A stretch of DNA of 64,000 bases from Eledone cirrhosa. Taxonomy: Eukaryota. Positions 1 to 14,283 of this stretch are shown here, in pieces. The notes under the pieces were generated by a model. The model did not search any database. It was not told the origin of the DNA and saw only the letters and a program-made list of their open reading frames with translations. How positions within the stretch are numbered: position 1 is the first letter of the stretch; every line of letters starts with the position of its first letter. A program made the translations under genes and the position numbers. The DNA lies in the NCBI GenBank assembly GCA_964016885.1, contig OZ024740.1, positions 122,140,001-122,204,000 on the forward strand, read 5' to 3'.

Positions 1-1395
1 TAGCCGTGGAGCCGGTTTCGGAACGAGAGGGGTTTTCTCCTTTCTCAGGGTCTTCTCGTTGCAGAAGGCCCTGAGGTGAGTCTTCGATCCACAGCGAAAG
101 CATTTCGGGCGTTTGCCCTCAACACTTATGGGCAGTTGAGTGCCGTTATAAGTCTATCACATCCGGGATAGCTTCGATGCACTCCTGGTTGGTTTGGATT
201 AACATCTCAATGGAGGTGCCGACCCAATCTTCTCTTACTTTTTTCTGTACTTGTAGTACAGTTGTTTTGTCCACGATTCCGACGAGGACAGACGCGGCAG
301 CCAAGAAAGGGCCATCCCGGGGGGGGGGGGACGTGGGTCAGTTTGATCCTCACTATTTTTTGCCCGCAGTAGGAGGGCACCAACGGCATTTCCTCGCTCC
401 TTAGGGTCACTATGGATTGAGCCTTTGCCTCCTGGGGTGTGGCAAAAAGTACGTCCACGGTGGCATATTTCTTGCCTCGGGTGATGTGCGTTATCCGCTG
501 CCACACAGACCCCAAGGCTTTTTGTATTTGAGCCTCTGTGGTTCTTTCAACCCTTACTGTACGCTACTTGATCGTACAGTGCTGTTGCGTTTCGAAAATG
601 TTTCCGCTGCCTTGCAGATTGCTCGGTGTCCAGTTTTTGTCATCATCTTCTTCGCTTCCTCTAATTCCTCATTTGTTATGAGGATTGTTTCCAGGTTCTT
701 CGCGATGCCTGCAAACGAGATTGATTTTTCTTTGCTGCTGTTGTTGTTGTTGTTGTCGTAAGAGCTGCTGTTACTTTTGTTGTTGCTGCAGGTACTACGA
801 CTACTGCCGCCGCCGCTGTTGCTGTGGTTGTTGTTGTTGTTGCTGCTGCTAATGCTGTTGTTGTTTATGATGCTGCTGATGCTGTTGCGGCTGCTACTTT
901 TGTTTTCATTGTCACTGTTGCTGTTTTTATTACGGCTGCTACTGCTATTACTCCTGAAGTCAGACGAATGAAATGGGTTTTCGTATATCCCGCACACCTG
1001 TTTCGTCGTTGTCGTGGAGAAATCTTGCTCGCTTTGCATGAGACTTTTCTTTTCTGTCGTAGCTTGCGAAAGAGAAGGGAGGGAGAGAGACAATCTTCTC
1101 TCTGCTGTAGTGACGATTGAGGAAGAAGAAGACGGAATGAGTGGGAGTGACCTATGAAAATTCTTTTTCGTAGCCATGTTGTTTTTTTTTGTTTAAAATA
1201 AATATTGGGCACAAAACCCCAATAAGCAGTTATTTAACCCCGAAGGGCCAAATAACGGGCAGAAAGACCCCTCTCACGAGGAGGAGGGTGTAATTGTCTA
1301 CGAGTTGGTTAAAGTTTTAAACAATTTACAATTGTTATAGCGTTCAAAATGTACAATACCTTACAGAGCCGAGCCTCCGTCAACCATAGCATTCA
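1..1395 (-). mobile_element. Tx1/L1-clade LINE 5' end with disrupted ORF1 (runs off window start)
   Basis: ORFs 554..1177 and 207..515 resemble ORF1 of the Tx1 copy at 12101-13219 (ISFAGIAKNLETI vs VSFAKAAKKIETI; KYATVDVLF vs KYGTVDVFF). Gag-type zinc knuckle RPKCFRCGSKTHLRAFC near 60-115. Confidence 0.75.
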
Positions 1396-1464
1396 ATAAT
1401 AATAATAATAATAATAATAAAAATAATAATAATAATATCCACTAATAATAATAATAATAATAAT

Positions 1465-3092
1465 ATCCACTGTGGAGCAGTTCAGTGATGACATTAAAAT
1501 GGAGTTTGTACTAGATAAATGCGCCAAAGCAACGTTCACCAGAGGAAAGCTGCTGAAGAGTTCAGACATTAATCTTGATCGGGGGAACGTGATAAGAGAA
1601 CTTGATCAAGAAAAAACTTACAAATATCTAGGTGTTTGTGAAGGAGACGGATTCAAGTACTCGACAATGAGGGAAAGGATAAGGAAGGAATGTTACCGCA
1701 GAGTAAGAGCAATCTTAAGAACGGAATTGAATGCAAGGAATAGGATCGATGCCATAAACACGCTTGCCATACCAGTAGTAACCTACAGTTACAATGTCAT
1801 CAACTAGTCAAGCACAGAGATCAGTAGGCTCGATACAAGAATTCGAAAATTCTTAACCATGCACAGAATGCATCACCCTAAGGCAGATATAGATAGAATA
1901 TATCTCCCTAGGAAAGAAGGAGGACGTTGTTTAATCCAGTTAGACATTGCGTTGAAAACTGCAACAATTGGATTATCTACATATCTATGGGAATCACATG
2001 ATTGGATGATCAAACTCGTTTTGAAACACGAAAGCATCAAAAGATCATATTCCATTACAAAAGATGCACAAAGATACAGTAATGGACTACAAATTTCAGA
2101 AGTCCCATTTACCGCTGAAATGGAAAACACAGAAAAAGCAAAGCAGGTAAAAGTAACTGCAAAGAAAGAACTGCTACAGAAACTGGCTAAGAAATGTCAA
2201 GAAAAGCCTCTGTATGGAAAATACCCAGAGCGAGCTAACAATCTTGATGTTGACAAAACTGTAACCCATCAGTGGTTGGCATCCTCTGGACTGAAATCGG
2301 AGACTGAAGGACTGATTATATCAGCACAAGATCAGTGTCTGCCAACAAAAAATTACCAAGCCAACATAATAAAAAATGGATGCAGCCCATTATGCCGTGT
2401 ATGCAAAAAACAACCAGAGACCATTGACCATATCATTTCAATGTGCAGTCCTATAGCTCCAACCGAATACCTAAACAGGCATGACAATACATACATTGGA
2501 TAATGTGTAAGCATTTTGACCTGCCCCATCAAAAGAATTGGTGGGAGCATCAACCACCTCCCATACTTGAAAAAGATCACATCTCAATCTTGTGCAACTT
2601 TAGCATCCAAACAGACCGAAAAATAGATGCAAATAGACCTGATATAATATTGAAGGACTTTTAAAAGAGGGTATGCCTGCTAATTGATATATCTGTTCCA
2701 ATAGACAAGAATGTATCTATAAAAACATTTGAAAAATTGAGGAAGTATAAGGACCTGGAGATAGAAATTGGAAAAATGTGGAAATTGAGAACTAAAACAA
2801 TACCAGTGGTTGTAGGCGCTCTGGGAATGATACCTACGGGGTCTAATGATTACATATCGCAAATCCCAGGAAACCCGCGTATAGGAGAAATACAAAAGAT
2901 AGTACTAATGGGAACTGCCCATATACTAAGGAAGATTCTGTCTAATATAAGTACATCACAAGTCTAAACACTAAAGATGCATGTGTGAAGATGTATGTTC
3001 TTTCTTGAACATGGCGGACCTTGTTGTCTCTTGAGGTCACTGGTTGTGACTTGGTGATAACTCGTATGAACATAAAGCAAGATAAATGCAAC

Positions 3093-3093
<1 letters not shown>
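1465..3093 (+). mobile_element. 5'-truncated R4/Dong-clade non-LTR retrotransposon (RT C-terminus, CCHC, RLE endonuclease), broken ORF
   Basis: ORFs 1472..1807, 1859..2503, 2737..2967: YKYLG, RIYLPRKEGGR, CRVCKKQPETIDHIISMC, NRPDII and KYKDL..IPVVVGALG. Flanked by (TAA)n on both sides. Confidence 0.88.
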
Positions 3094-3188
<95 letters not shown>

Positions 3189-3259
3189 AAGAAGAAGAAG
3201 AAGAAGAAGAAGAAGAAGAAGAAGAAGAAGAAGAAGAAGAAGAAGAAGAAGAAGAAGAA
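3094..3259. repeat. Compound (TAA)n/(AAG)n microsatellite
   Basis: Directly visible; produces the spurious poly-N/K/S/Y/F/L ORFs. Confidence 0.97.
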
Positions 3260-4738
3260 TTGTGAGAGATGGAGAAAAGTAAAGTAAGATAATAAAACCA
3301 ATACAGCACTTCCCATATTATATTTCACGTTACTTCCAGGTTAGGGCCTCTATTGTACAAGAAAAGAAATGTGCATGGCGTAGACAGTAACAGATAAATA
3401 AACTAAAAAATCACGTTATAATTTGTATGGCATGCCATGAACAGTTGATTGGGTAGGTTAGGCTGCTCTCAACGAGATCATAAAGCACTGCCTGGACGTT
3501 GCGTGTTTCCTTTCTCAGATCGTGTCAGCAGAGCTGAACCGAGGGGTCGGTAGAAATCTGGACGATATAGTAATGTTCTTGGTTTGTTGTGGTAAGCCCA
3601 TTATCTGGGATACTATATCCTGTGGCACCTTCTCTGGCTGCAAATCATATTCATCCTATGGTTAACCTCAGGTTTAGTTGCTATTATAGCCGAAATATTG
3701 GGTTCTATCAGATAGTTTTGTGTTGGAATGTGTAGCAGTCTAGTTTTCCGATGACCTAGAACACCAAACCATATCTCTTCTTTTAACTACTATTAGGGCA
3801 AAGTTGACTACCCACAGGAGTGAGCCCCACAAGTAGGTATAAATATTCCAGCGTGTTTCCTTGCCATCTTCCTCGCAATGTTTGCTCCATTATCTCCTCT
3901 GCAACCACCCGATGACCTCCAAGTGGGTTTCCACGCACAAGAGAATACTCCCCCATTCTCTCCGGACCCGCATCAATACTTCAGCGATGTGGAGTTGGGA
4001 GCATTTCAAAATTGTAGATAGTGTATTTTATCAGAAATTATATAACAAAATGGTTAAATAACATGTTCTTTAAGTTTGAACATACAATTTCAACAAATAC
4101 ACGTTTGAATAAATGCAAACTATCAATGTATTTATTGAATTAAGTTTCAAGTTCAAATTCCAATAAGAAATTACATGCAGGTTGAGTGAAATAAACAATT
4201 TGAATAAGGCCGAAAGAAAAAATAAACAATGTCAGTAATAAAAATGAGTGCAGGCTTCTAGATATATCTTTGTATAAATATATTAAATTAAAAACGGCCG
4301 GATGCTGATGATTTAGGATTTATCTATTAAGGAATATTGATTAATTTTTGAACTGCGTTGAAATGATAAATATATATCATTACAATAACCGTCAAACTGA
4401 TAAGAAATTCAGGATATTATTGGTAACTATGATTTTATGTGCTATTTCAGATTTTCTAAAAGCAGAAAAATTAATAACAAATGTAAATGCGTAAAATATT
4501 TATTCCATTTATAGCTAACTTTAATAGGCAACAGCAGTAAATATTGATAATATATAATCGAAGTCTTCAATACAAGGTATGTACAAACCCCCTTCCCATG
4601 TATACATATATATATATATATACGTGTATGTATGATTTTGTACTTAATAAACACACACACACGCACGCCAACGCACGTACACACAAGCAAACACACGCGC
4701 GCACACACATACACACACACACACATATATATATATAA

Positions 4739-5625
4739 CTAGCAGTGCTACCCGGCGTTGCACGGGATAAATTATTTAGGAACGTGGGCCGCCAACAGAC
4801 CTACTGCATGCCTCGACAATATGTAAAGAAATTAAACCGAATACTCTGATGGCTGGATAATCTTTAAGATTTTCCTCGATAAAGCAGGAAAAATGCAGGT
4901 TTTCCTCTAATGCGGGCCCTAGGGTATCAAGAAAATGAATCTGCATAATATGACTTGAAATTTCGGGAAAATCGGCTAGACGTAACGCCTCAAAAAAGCC
5001 CTAAAAAGCGGAAAATATGAATGTTTTCGCCTAATGCCATAAAAAAGGTGGATTTTCTTTACTTACGGTATGAAGAAAAGACTAACTAATTTATAGTTAC
5101 AATTTCAACGTAACGCCTAAAAGAAACCCTAAAAACCTGAAAAAATGAGGTTTTTCACCTAATGGATATTTACATATTGTAGGGGATGAAAAAGTTGAAT
5201 TTTGTTATGTGCATAACACTCCCTGAAACATAAGTAATACACATGTAAAGTTTGAAAAAAGTCAGTTAGGTACTTCTCGAGTTTTAGGGATTCAAACTCA
5301 CACACACAGACACATACATCATCAGGGAAGTCACGTAATGCAAACAGTCAGACATACAGACAGATATTATAAAGGCGCGACGTTATATGTATGTATCTAT
5401 CTAAAAAGAGAAAGACTAAGAATAATAGAGAGAGATCGCTAAATCGACTAATGCCGTCCCTAGGACATTGAACATTTGAAATTATTTTTGCTCAGAACAC
5501 TCCCTGAAACATAAGTATTACATGGGTAAAGTTTGAAAACAGTCGATTGGGTGGTTCTCAAGGTTTAGGAATTCAAACTCAAACACACACAGACAGACAT
5601 CATCAGTTTTATATATATATATAGA
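4739..5625 (-). mobile_element. Non-autonomous Helitron
   Basis: Minus strand starts TCTATATATAT, ends CTAG after the hairpin-like CCCGTGCAACGCCGGG, and sits between A and T with no TSD. Internal ~110-bp duplication (about 5215 vs 5495). Confidence 0.8.
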
Positions 5626-5671
5626 TAATACAAATAATACTAATAATTATATTAATAATAATAATAATAAT

Positions 5672-8085
5672 TTAAGAGATTCTGGAGAGGAATATGGAAC
5701 AAACTAAGACATTCTGGAGAGGAATATAGGAGCAGGATGTTAGACATAATGACCAGGCAGTGTGGATTGAGACAGTACAAAAGGAGATTAGTGAACAGGC
5801 ACACCAACAAACTGATTTGAGAATCACAGTTGAAACTCTTAAGGGGCAGGCCAAAAAACTAACCAACAGGAAATCACCAGGCCCAGATGGTGTGCAGGGG
5901 TATTGGATTAAAAATATAACATCCCTCCACCCGAAACTGACAACCATGTTCTATGACTGCTTGATGTCAGGTGAGGTACCAGAGTGGTTGACAAAAGGTA
6001 CCACAGATCTGGTAATGAAAGAACGAATCAAGGTTAATGATGTTACCAACTATAGACCTATCACATGTCTATCCGTAATGTGGAAACTGTTGACAAGCAT
6101 TATGTCTGAAGAAATCTACCATCACCTCCACACAAACAGCTTGTTACCGGACGAACAGAAAGGATGCCGAAAGAAGTCCCCTAGTACAAAGGACCAGTTA
6201 CTTATTGATAAGATGGTAATGAGGAATAGCAAGAGGAGACACACTGGTCTTGCCATGGGATGGATAGACTACAAAAAGGCATTTCACATGGTGCCTCATT
6301 CTTGGATCACTAAAAGCCTAGAGATCTTGAAGGTGGCAGATAACATCAGACAGTTATTGGGCAAAAGTATGAAGTCCTGGAAAACAGAGATAACATCAGC
6401 TGGAGAATGCTTGGGAGGCGTGAAGATCAAGAGAGGTATCTTCCAGGGAGATAGTATGTCCCCTCTGTTGTTTGTCCTTGCCCTGATGCCCCTGACCATT
6501 ATACTGCGAAAATTGAGAGCAGGATACAAGATGGGAAAGGGAGAGCTTACCATCAATCACCTCCTCTTCATGGACGATCTTAAGCTCTTCGGGAAGAGTG
6601 AGAAGGAGTTGGATGTGCTTGTTGACACTGTCCGTATGTTCAGCAATGATATATGTATGCAATTAGGTATTAGTAAGTGTGGAGTCCTTGTGATGAAGAA
6701 GGGTAAATTCAGCAGAAGCAACGGAATCCAGGGAAGAACAGGTGAGATGATAAAGGAAGTTGAAACTGAAGAAGGATACAAGTATTTGAGTGTTCAGGAG
6801 GCTGATGACATCAAGAACATTAAAATGTAGGAATTGATAAGATCTGAATACATTCGGAGTGTAAGGAGCGTATTAAAGTCACATCTGAACAGTAGGATGG
6901 CATAAGTGCAGTAAATTCCCGAGCTGTGTCTATTATTAGGTACAGTGCGGGAATTCTGAGATGGAATGTTGCTGAACAAAAAGAAATGGATAATAAGACT
7001 AGGAAGCTATTGACTATCTACAACATGTTCCACAAGAGGAGTGATGTCGATAGACTCTACTTAAGGAGATCTGAAGGTGTAAGTGGTCTTATCAGCATAG
7101 AGGACTGTGTTCAGATGGAGAAAAACAACCTACACAAATACGTGACTGATAGTAAGGAGCCAATGCTCAGAATTGTACTGAAGGAGGGGACAATAGACCA
7201 AGGGAAGCCCAAGGAGGAAATAACAAGAGAAAGAGCAGCCTTCAGGAAACATCCCTTCATAGTACCTTCTTTGAGAAAACTGAATTCAGAGATCCACAGA
7301 CATGGAACTGGTTGAAAAGAGGAGACCTTAAAAAGGCTACAGAAGGAATGCTAATAGCTGCGCAAGAGCAGGTCCTCAAAACGAAGTGGTTGAAACACCA
7401 TATTTACAAGGAGGAGGCTAGCCCACTGTGCAGTATATGTAGAGAGAGAGAGGAGACTGTGGCTCACATTGATCCGAGTGTAAACACCTAGCCCAGACTC
7501 ACTATGAAGGCTGGAGACATGATGTGATGAGCAGGGTGAACCACTGGCACCTATGCAAAGTAAACAATTTACCACATTCTGAGAAGTGGTATGAGCATAA
7601 GCCAGAGTGGGTGATAGAAAACAATCAGGTGAAGGTGCTGTGGGATTTTAGGATACAGACGGACAAGAAACTGGCAGACAATAGACGTGACCTGGTGGTT
7701 TTGGACAAGTATTAAAGATTGTGTCTGATTGTGGATGTGGCCTACCCATTCGACAAGAGTGTGCAAGAGAAGGAGAGGGAGAAAATTAACCGATACCAGG
7801 ACTTAAAGTGGGAGGTAAAAAGGATTTGGAACTGCCATAAAATCAAAGTTGTCCCGATTGTCATAGGCGCACTAGGTACTATCTCAAAAAGTTTCCAGGG
7901 AGGGTTAACGAAAATTGCCCCTCCACCCCGATTTTTGGAACGCTTCAAAAGGCATGCTCGCTGGGAATAGCAAGAACCCTCCGATACGTCCTGAATATCT
8001 GAGGCTGCAGGTAGTGGCTTGATATTCATTTAAACAAACTTTCCAATTAACTAACATCAATGATTGAGACTGAAAGAACAATAAT
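5672..8085 (+). mobile_element. R4/Dong-clade LINE, 5'-truncated, with RT (ORF 5760..6830) and RLE remnants
   Basis: KSPGPDGVQ, NYRPITCL, WIDYKKAF, GIFQGDSMSPLLF, HLLFMDDLKL; downstream LWDFRIQTD..RRDLVV..IVDVAYP..EKINRYQDL. Preceded by (TAA)n. Confidence 0.92.
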
Positions 8086-8086
8086 A

Positions 8087-11000
8087 CTTTCTTTATTAAC
8101 CACAAGGGTTTACACAAAGTAGACATTAAGGACATTACAGGACAATACAGGACGGTACAAATGGGCATTTCCACGTGTAAAAAAAACAAAAAAAGGATGT
8201 AATAAAAAACAATGAAAAATTCCCCAAATGGGGGAGACTTCCGAGGGCCATCGTGGAGAAAGCCCATTAAAAAAAAAACACAGTGACCCTGGCCACCAGG
8301 GCAATTGTCCTCTCCCAGTTTTCCACCTTCAATTTACAGGGATGTACTCCGAGTAGGCCCATTCACTCGGGCCATTCTTGCCTCTCTCACCCATCTTTCA
8401 AAAAAAAACCTGGCAAGATAGCATCTCCCTCTCTACCCTGATTTTCCTTTTCAAATGAAATTGGAAAAAGTTAATCAAGTTATCACCGAAGAGGTAAGTG
8501 CTGGTCTTCCGCCCTTTCAAACATGTACATCATACTATCTCTTTCGCCATGGCCACCAGACAGATAAAAATTGCCTGCCCTTCCCGGCTAAAGGAAGAGG
8601 ACGGGGCTATCCTCACGATGGACTCAGCTGATAACTGGATCCGTCCTACACGCGACAGCAGGTGTTTGACATAAACATAAAAGTCAGCAATGTTCGGACA
8701 CTGGAGGAGTGAGGGCAGGACGGTTTCGTTGCCCTGCGCGCATCGATGACATGCCCGGCTGAGGGCACATCCATGCCTGTAGAGTTTATCCCGAACTGTC
8801 AAATCTCCTCGTTAGCACTGCCAGGCCAGGGATTTATTGAAGTTGTTGTCCATAGGCCTCGGCCAGAAAGTTCTTCCGAAAAGATAGGCTAGTTGATTTT
8901 CGTCGACACTTAGAGTTTCCACAAGTACGTCGTCTCTCTTCCCCTCCAGTAATCCTCTATAGAACTCCAAGGTGGAATTTCCACCGATCACATTGCCCGA
9001 TTGGTGGAGGGCTGTAAGCGCCTGAAGACATTCCAGTCTCCAAGCGCTCCCTCTCGGTTTTGGCTTGACCCAGGTCTGCAGCTCCGTCAAGGAGACGAGC
9101 TGGGCAAAGACACGTCTGGCAAAGAGCGACCACACCTGATCACCGCCGACGAAGAAGTGGAGATGTCGTAGCCTGAGCGTGTGTCTGTGCATCATCAGCA
9201 AGGGCATGCCCAGCCCTCCACGTAGCGGGAGTTGGCAGTAGATGGACGGGTTAGCCACCTCCGCTCGATCTTTCAGGGATAGCTTCCTCTTCGCCCATTT
9301 CTGGGTGAGAGAAGCCATCTTGCACGTCACATCGTCCCAGTTTTTGTCCGTCTGGAGATCCGGACCGAACCAGACCCCTAGCAATTTAACCGTTCCGTCC
9401 GTACAGCGCCCGAAGAAGCTGTTGGACGGCATGGACCTGCCTCTCCAGGTGCCGAGCTGCAGGCCCACTGACTTTTCCTGGTTGACCATTGCACCGCTTC
9501 GTATTATCTTAGTATAGTGCCGATCGCATCGATATGTTTGGGGTTCGACACCACAATGGTGACATCGTCCGCATATGTTGACACGGATATTCCGCATTCG
9601 ACTTCGCGCGGGACCCCCCTCAACGTCTCCAGTTCGTACATAATGGCTTGAGAGTCAATACGTACAAGAGGGACGGGAGGGGACATCCTTGGCGGACCTA
9701 GCGCATGGTGTTGAACCGTTCCGAATGAAGACCGTTCACCCTCAATACAGAGCAGTTGTCGCTGTGCATGGCAGCGATCCAGCCTCTGAAGACGGGCCCA
9801 ATGCCAGCCGCCATGTAACGAAGATCGACCCTATCGAAAGCTTTCGAGTGATCTAAATTGATCAAGGACCCACCCGTGCCAGATTCCCTAGCTACCCTCT
9901 CCACGATGTATCGCATGAGGTGGAGGTTGTTTTGGATGGATCTGTCGGGAATAGCGCATGTCTGCGCCTCTCCCACCATACCACCAACGACAAACGGCAA
10001 ACCCTTTGCTAGCAAATTGGCCAAAATCTTGAAATCTGTGTTGAGCAGAGTTATGGGCCTGAAATTATCTATGTTATCCACCTTGTTCGGATCCTTTCTC
10101 AGCAGCACACCGCTTCCCGGCTCACAGAGCTGGGAATTCTCCCGTTCTGTTGCCAGTTGCAGTAGACGTCCTCCAAGAGGCCTCCGAACAAGTCTGGCAT
10201 ATGTACGTAAAGTTCTTAGAGCAGACAATCTAAACCAGGCAATTTACCCATTATGCATCTAGTCATTGCCTCCCGTGTTTCAGTGACTGTGACCGGCTTT
10301 CCACAACACTCCGCCTCAGTGGCCGAGAGCCGCAGCAGTGCATCTATGTTGACACTAAAGTCCATCCCTCGATGCAGCCCGCCGTTTCCCCCCGAACAGC
10401 TGACCGAAGTGTCGCTGAAAAGCTTCACACATTTGCCCGGGATCGAGTAGCATGCGCCCTACATAGCATGCGCCACCAAAGACAGGATCGTGGCTTTGTT
10501 GCCAGGACACGCCTCCGCCACTCGAGCCCATTGGTCGGCTTTCGTCCCCTAGCTCTGACAACGCAGCCTTCGTGCTTTGCATTGAAGAATTGGTCAAGGG
10601 CCAATTTCGCCGAAATTACGTCGGTTGCGATGACTTTGCTAAGCGCCTCGTCTAATTTTCTAACTAGTTCTCCTTCTGCTCTATTTTTCTCTATTGCTAA
10701 AGCCTTACTAAACCTAATAGACTCTATTCTAATCGCTCTTTTCAGAGCAAACCACCACTTGTTGTTGATGATGGCCCCCGGTAACTAGTTCGCTAATCCG
10801 GTCTCTGTAGGCCTTGGGCGCTGATAATGACGCGTTTAGCTTCCAGTAGCCGGGTCCTTTTCTATGTATGAAGCCTATCTAAACCACACAGATCTCGAAT
10901 TTGTGGTCCGTGTAGCTGACTATCTTGAATTGGGGACAGCCTATGCTAGACCTATCTATTTCCCAACAAAATACTCTATCTAGATATGATCTGGATGACC

Positions 11001-13213
11001 CGATGCGGTTTGCGCAAGTCCACATTGGCAGATTCGGGAAATCCAATCAGTACCTGTCAGACAGTTCAAAAAGCCTGAACATGTTGGTGAGGTTCTTGCA
11101 CCCTCCTCCCCTATCCGCCTATCCCACACTGTCCCAGCGTGCATCTAAGATCCCGTTCCAGTCACCCACTAACACTAAAGAGCGGGACGTTCCAAGAAAT
11201 GTCTCCAGACGCCGGAGAAATCAGGTCGCCCTACTTCTGTCGGCGCATAGACGGCCAGTAGCCTGAAAGCTTGCCTGTCTCCGCTGGTCACGTCCAGCAC
11301 CACCAACTTACCTTCTGGGTCCAGGAAGATAGCCCGTATGGCGAGATCCAAACCTCTCCGGCACAGCAACTCCCCCCTCCCCGATCCAGGACGGCTGGGA
11401 GATGCGTACACATCGTTGCCGCCGAAGATCGGTGCGAAGGCCCGTGCTTCGGAGGATCAGGGTCGCTGATCGCCAGCACATCTATGTTTAGTGACCTGAG
11501 GTCGTTGAGCAGTTGGCCCTGCTTCCATGACGACCCCAAGCCACACGCATTTATGCTGCCTATTCTGAGTGAGGTCATGCTGAAAAGGAGTGCAACAATG
11601 GGAAAGACCACTTACCTTACTTCTCGTAGAGGAAGGATGATTTCTCCATCCTTCTCACTGCTTGTGGCCTCCTCCGGAAAGATGTCCTTATAAATCTTCC
11701 TGGAGAGTGCTTGTTGGAAGTCTCAAATGTACTTGGGGATTTTTTGTTTTAGTGTCGTGTACGTTTTCTGTGTGTTGCGAGTGATTTGTATGTGTGGAAG
11801 TGCTGTCAATTGTTGTGTGCTGTGTGGTCTTTTTCGGTGATGCAGGTGTTGTGTTGGATGTAGTGTAATAATTGGTTGTTGTTCAAATGTAATGCTGTAT
11901 AGTGTGTATCGTTTTGGTTGTTTTGTTTTGTTTGCGTGTTGTTTGCGTTTGTTTCTGTTGCGCTTTTTGGTGACTTTTGTGGTGTTGGTGATGGTGGTGT
12001 TGGGGTTAATGATGGTGATGGTGTTAGTGTTTATGATGATGGGATTGGTCATGCTGGTGTGGATGTTAAGATAGCTATACTAATTTTTTTGTTTCTTAGT
12101 TTATTTGTTTCCCCCTGTATTTTGTTTTTGGAGGGGTAGGATGTGGTTTGTTTTATCATTTTGGGTTCTTTTTCTTCTTTTCTTTTTTCCTGATACAGCT
12201 TCCCACTCCTCGTCGTCACAATCTGTCTCCAGTTGCGATAGGTGGGGGAGTGGAAAATCCTCCGCAGGCGTCGGTTTTGGTCGTGGCGTGGTGGATGGTG
12301 TAGGCGCTGGTGCTAGTTCTGGCGCGGTGAGTGGTGGTGGTTTTGGTTTTGCTACTGTTGCTAGGGTTGTTGCTTCTACAGTTGGTTCTGTTGTTGCTGC
12401 TGACATCTCTGCTGTTGGTGGTGTTGATGGTTGAGTCACTGTGGCGGGTAAGAGAGGTGACCTCAACTTTTTAGTCTGAGGACAGAAAGCATTTAGGTGG
12501 GTTCCTTCACCACAAAAGACACACCTAGGCCTTCTACCCTGGACGATTACGGTGAGGTGGCTGCCGTTAGTGAGGTACATCACCTCTGGAATTTCCTCAA
12601 TGCTTTTTTGGTCCTCTTGGATCAGGAGCTCCATCCCAGACCCGGACTAGTTCTCCTGCTTTTCTTTTGTTATTTCAATTATTTTCGTGTTGGCTTCGAT
12701 GTCGGCGAGGACTGCAGCCGTTAGCCAGGGAATTTCGATGGCCGGTGGATCGTGGGTCACCCTGATCTTCACGAGTCTCTGACCACAATAGTTTGGGACG
12801 AGTGTGAAGTCGTCGCTTCGTAATGGGGTCATGGAGTGCTCTCTGACTTCTTGTGGTGTTTTAAAGAACACGTCCACGGTTCCATATTTCTGCCCACGTC
12901 TGATGTGGGTTTTTTCGACCACACATCCAAAAGCATTTTGTCTTTGGGAAACGGAGGCCCGTTCCACTCTGCGTGATTTTGTGTTTATCGTCCGGTAACA
13001 CACGGTGCATAGGCGCCGATACTCCATTTTATTAGGTGTGTGGGAGGGAGGTCTGAGGTTGACCTTTAACCCATTTTTTTTTACCATTCTCTTGGCTTCA
13101 TTTAATTCATCCAGGCTTACCTTGATTGTTTCGATTTTCTTGGCTGCTTTGGCAAACGACACATCTTGTTTCGCGGTGGTGTTGATGTTGTTATTCTCAT
13201 TGTTGTTGTTGCT
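8087..13213 (-). mobile_element. Near full-length degenerate Tx1/L1-clade LINE (ORF1 with zinc knuckle; ORF2 APE endonuclease, RT, Cys-rich end)
   Basis: ORF1 12647..13219 and 12101..12634 with RCVFCGEGTHLNAFC; APE start IGSINACGL; RT NFRPITLLNTDFKILA, LDHSKAFDRVD, YADDVT; C-terminal CHRCAQGNETV. Many frameshifts. Confidence 0.9.
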
Positions 13214-14283
13214 CCACAACTGGAGTAATGTCGATAGACTCTACTTAAAGAGATCTGAAAGGGGAAGAGGTCTTATCAGAATAGAGGACTGTGTTAAGAT
13301 GGAGAAAAACCACCTGCACAAATACGTGACTGGCAGTAGGGAGCCAATGATCAAAATCGTACTGAAGGAGAAGACAATAAACCAGAGGATGATAAAGGAG
13401 GAAATAACAAAAAGGAGGAAGAGAAACCTTCATGAAAAATCCCTTCATAGTACCTTCTTTAGGAAAACTGAATTTAGAGATCCACAGTCATGGAACTAGT
13501 TAAAAAAAGGAGACCTTAAAAAAGCTACAGAAGGAATGCTAATGGCTGCGCAAGCGCAAACCCTCAAAATGAAGTGGGTGAAACACCATATTGACAAAGA
13601 GGAGGCTAGCTCACTGTGTCGGATCTGTGGAGAGAGAAAGGAGACTTTGTCTCACATTATATCCGAGTGTAAACACCATACCCAGTCTCAGTATAAAGGC
13701 TGGAGACATGATGTGATAGGCAGGGTGATCCACTGGCTTCTATGCAAAGTAAACAATTTACCACATTCTGAGAAGTGGTATGAGCATAAGCCAGAGTCAG
13801 GGAAAGAAAACGATCAGGTGAAGGGACTATGAGATTTTAGGATACAGACGGACAAAAAATTAGAACACAATAGTCCATACCTGGTGATTTTGGACAAGGA
13901 AAAAGAACGTGCCCGATTGTAGATGTAGCCTGCCCATTTGACACGAGAGTGCAAGAAAATCAGAGAGAGAAAATTAACCGATACCAGAACTTAAATTGAG
14001 AGTTAAAAAGGATTTGGAACGGCCGTGAAGTCATGGTCGTCCCGATTGTCATAGGCCACTAGTTACTATGTCAAATAGTTTCCAAGGATGTTTAAAGAAT
14101 ATTGGTCCAACCCCGCTGTTTGGAACACTTCAAAAGGTATGCTTGCTGGGAACAGCAAAACCCTCCGATACGTGCTGAATATCTGAGGTTGTAGGTAGCG
14201 GCTTGATACTTATTTCTACAAACTTTCCAGTTAAATAACATCAATGACTGAGACTCAAAGAACAATAACAATAATAATAATAA
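13214..14283 (+). mobile_element. 3' fragment of R4/Dong LINE, same family as 5672-8085
   Basis: Colinear with about 7030-8085 (VDRLYLKRSE; CRICGERKETLSHIISEC). Ends in a (CAA/TAA)n tail. Confidence 0.88.

Noticed and set aside
3330-3990. GC-richer stretch that might be an exon or LINE 5' region
   Set aside because: No recognisable motif or supportable splice structure.
13005-13499. 164-aa chimeric ORF
   Set aside because: Antisense Tx1 ORF1 read into a Dong fragment across the junction.
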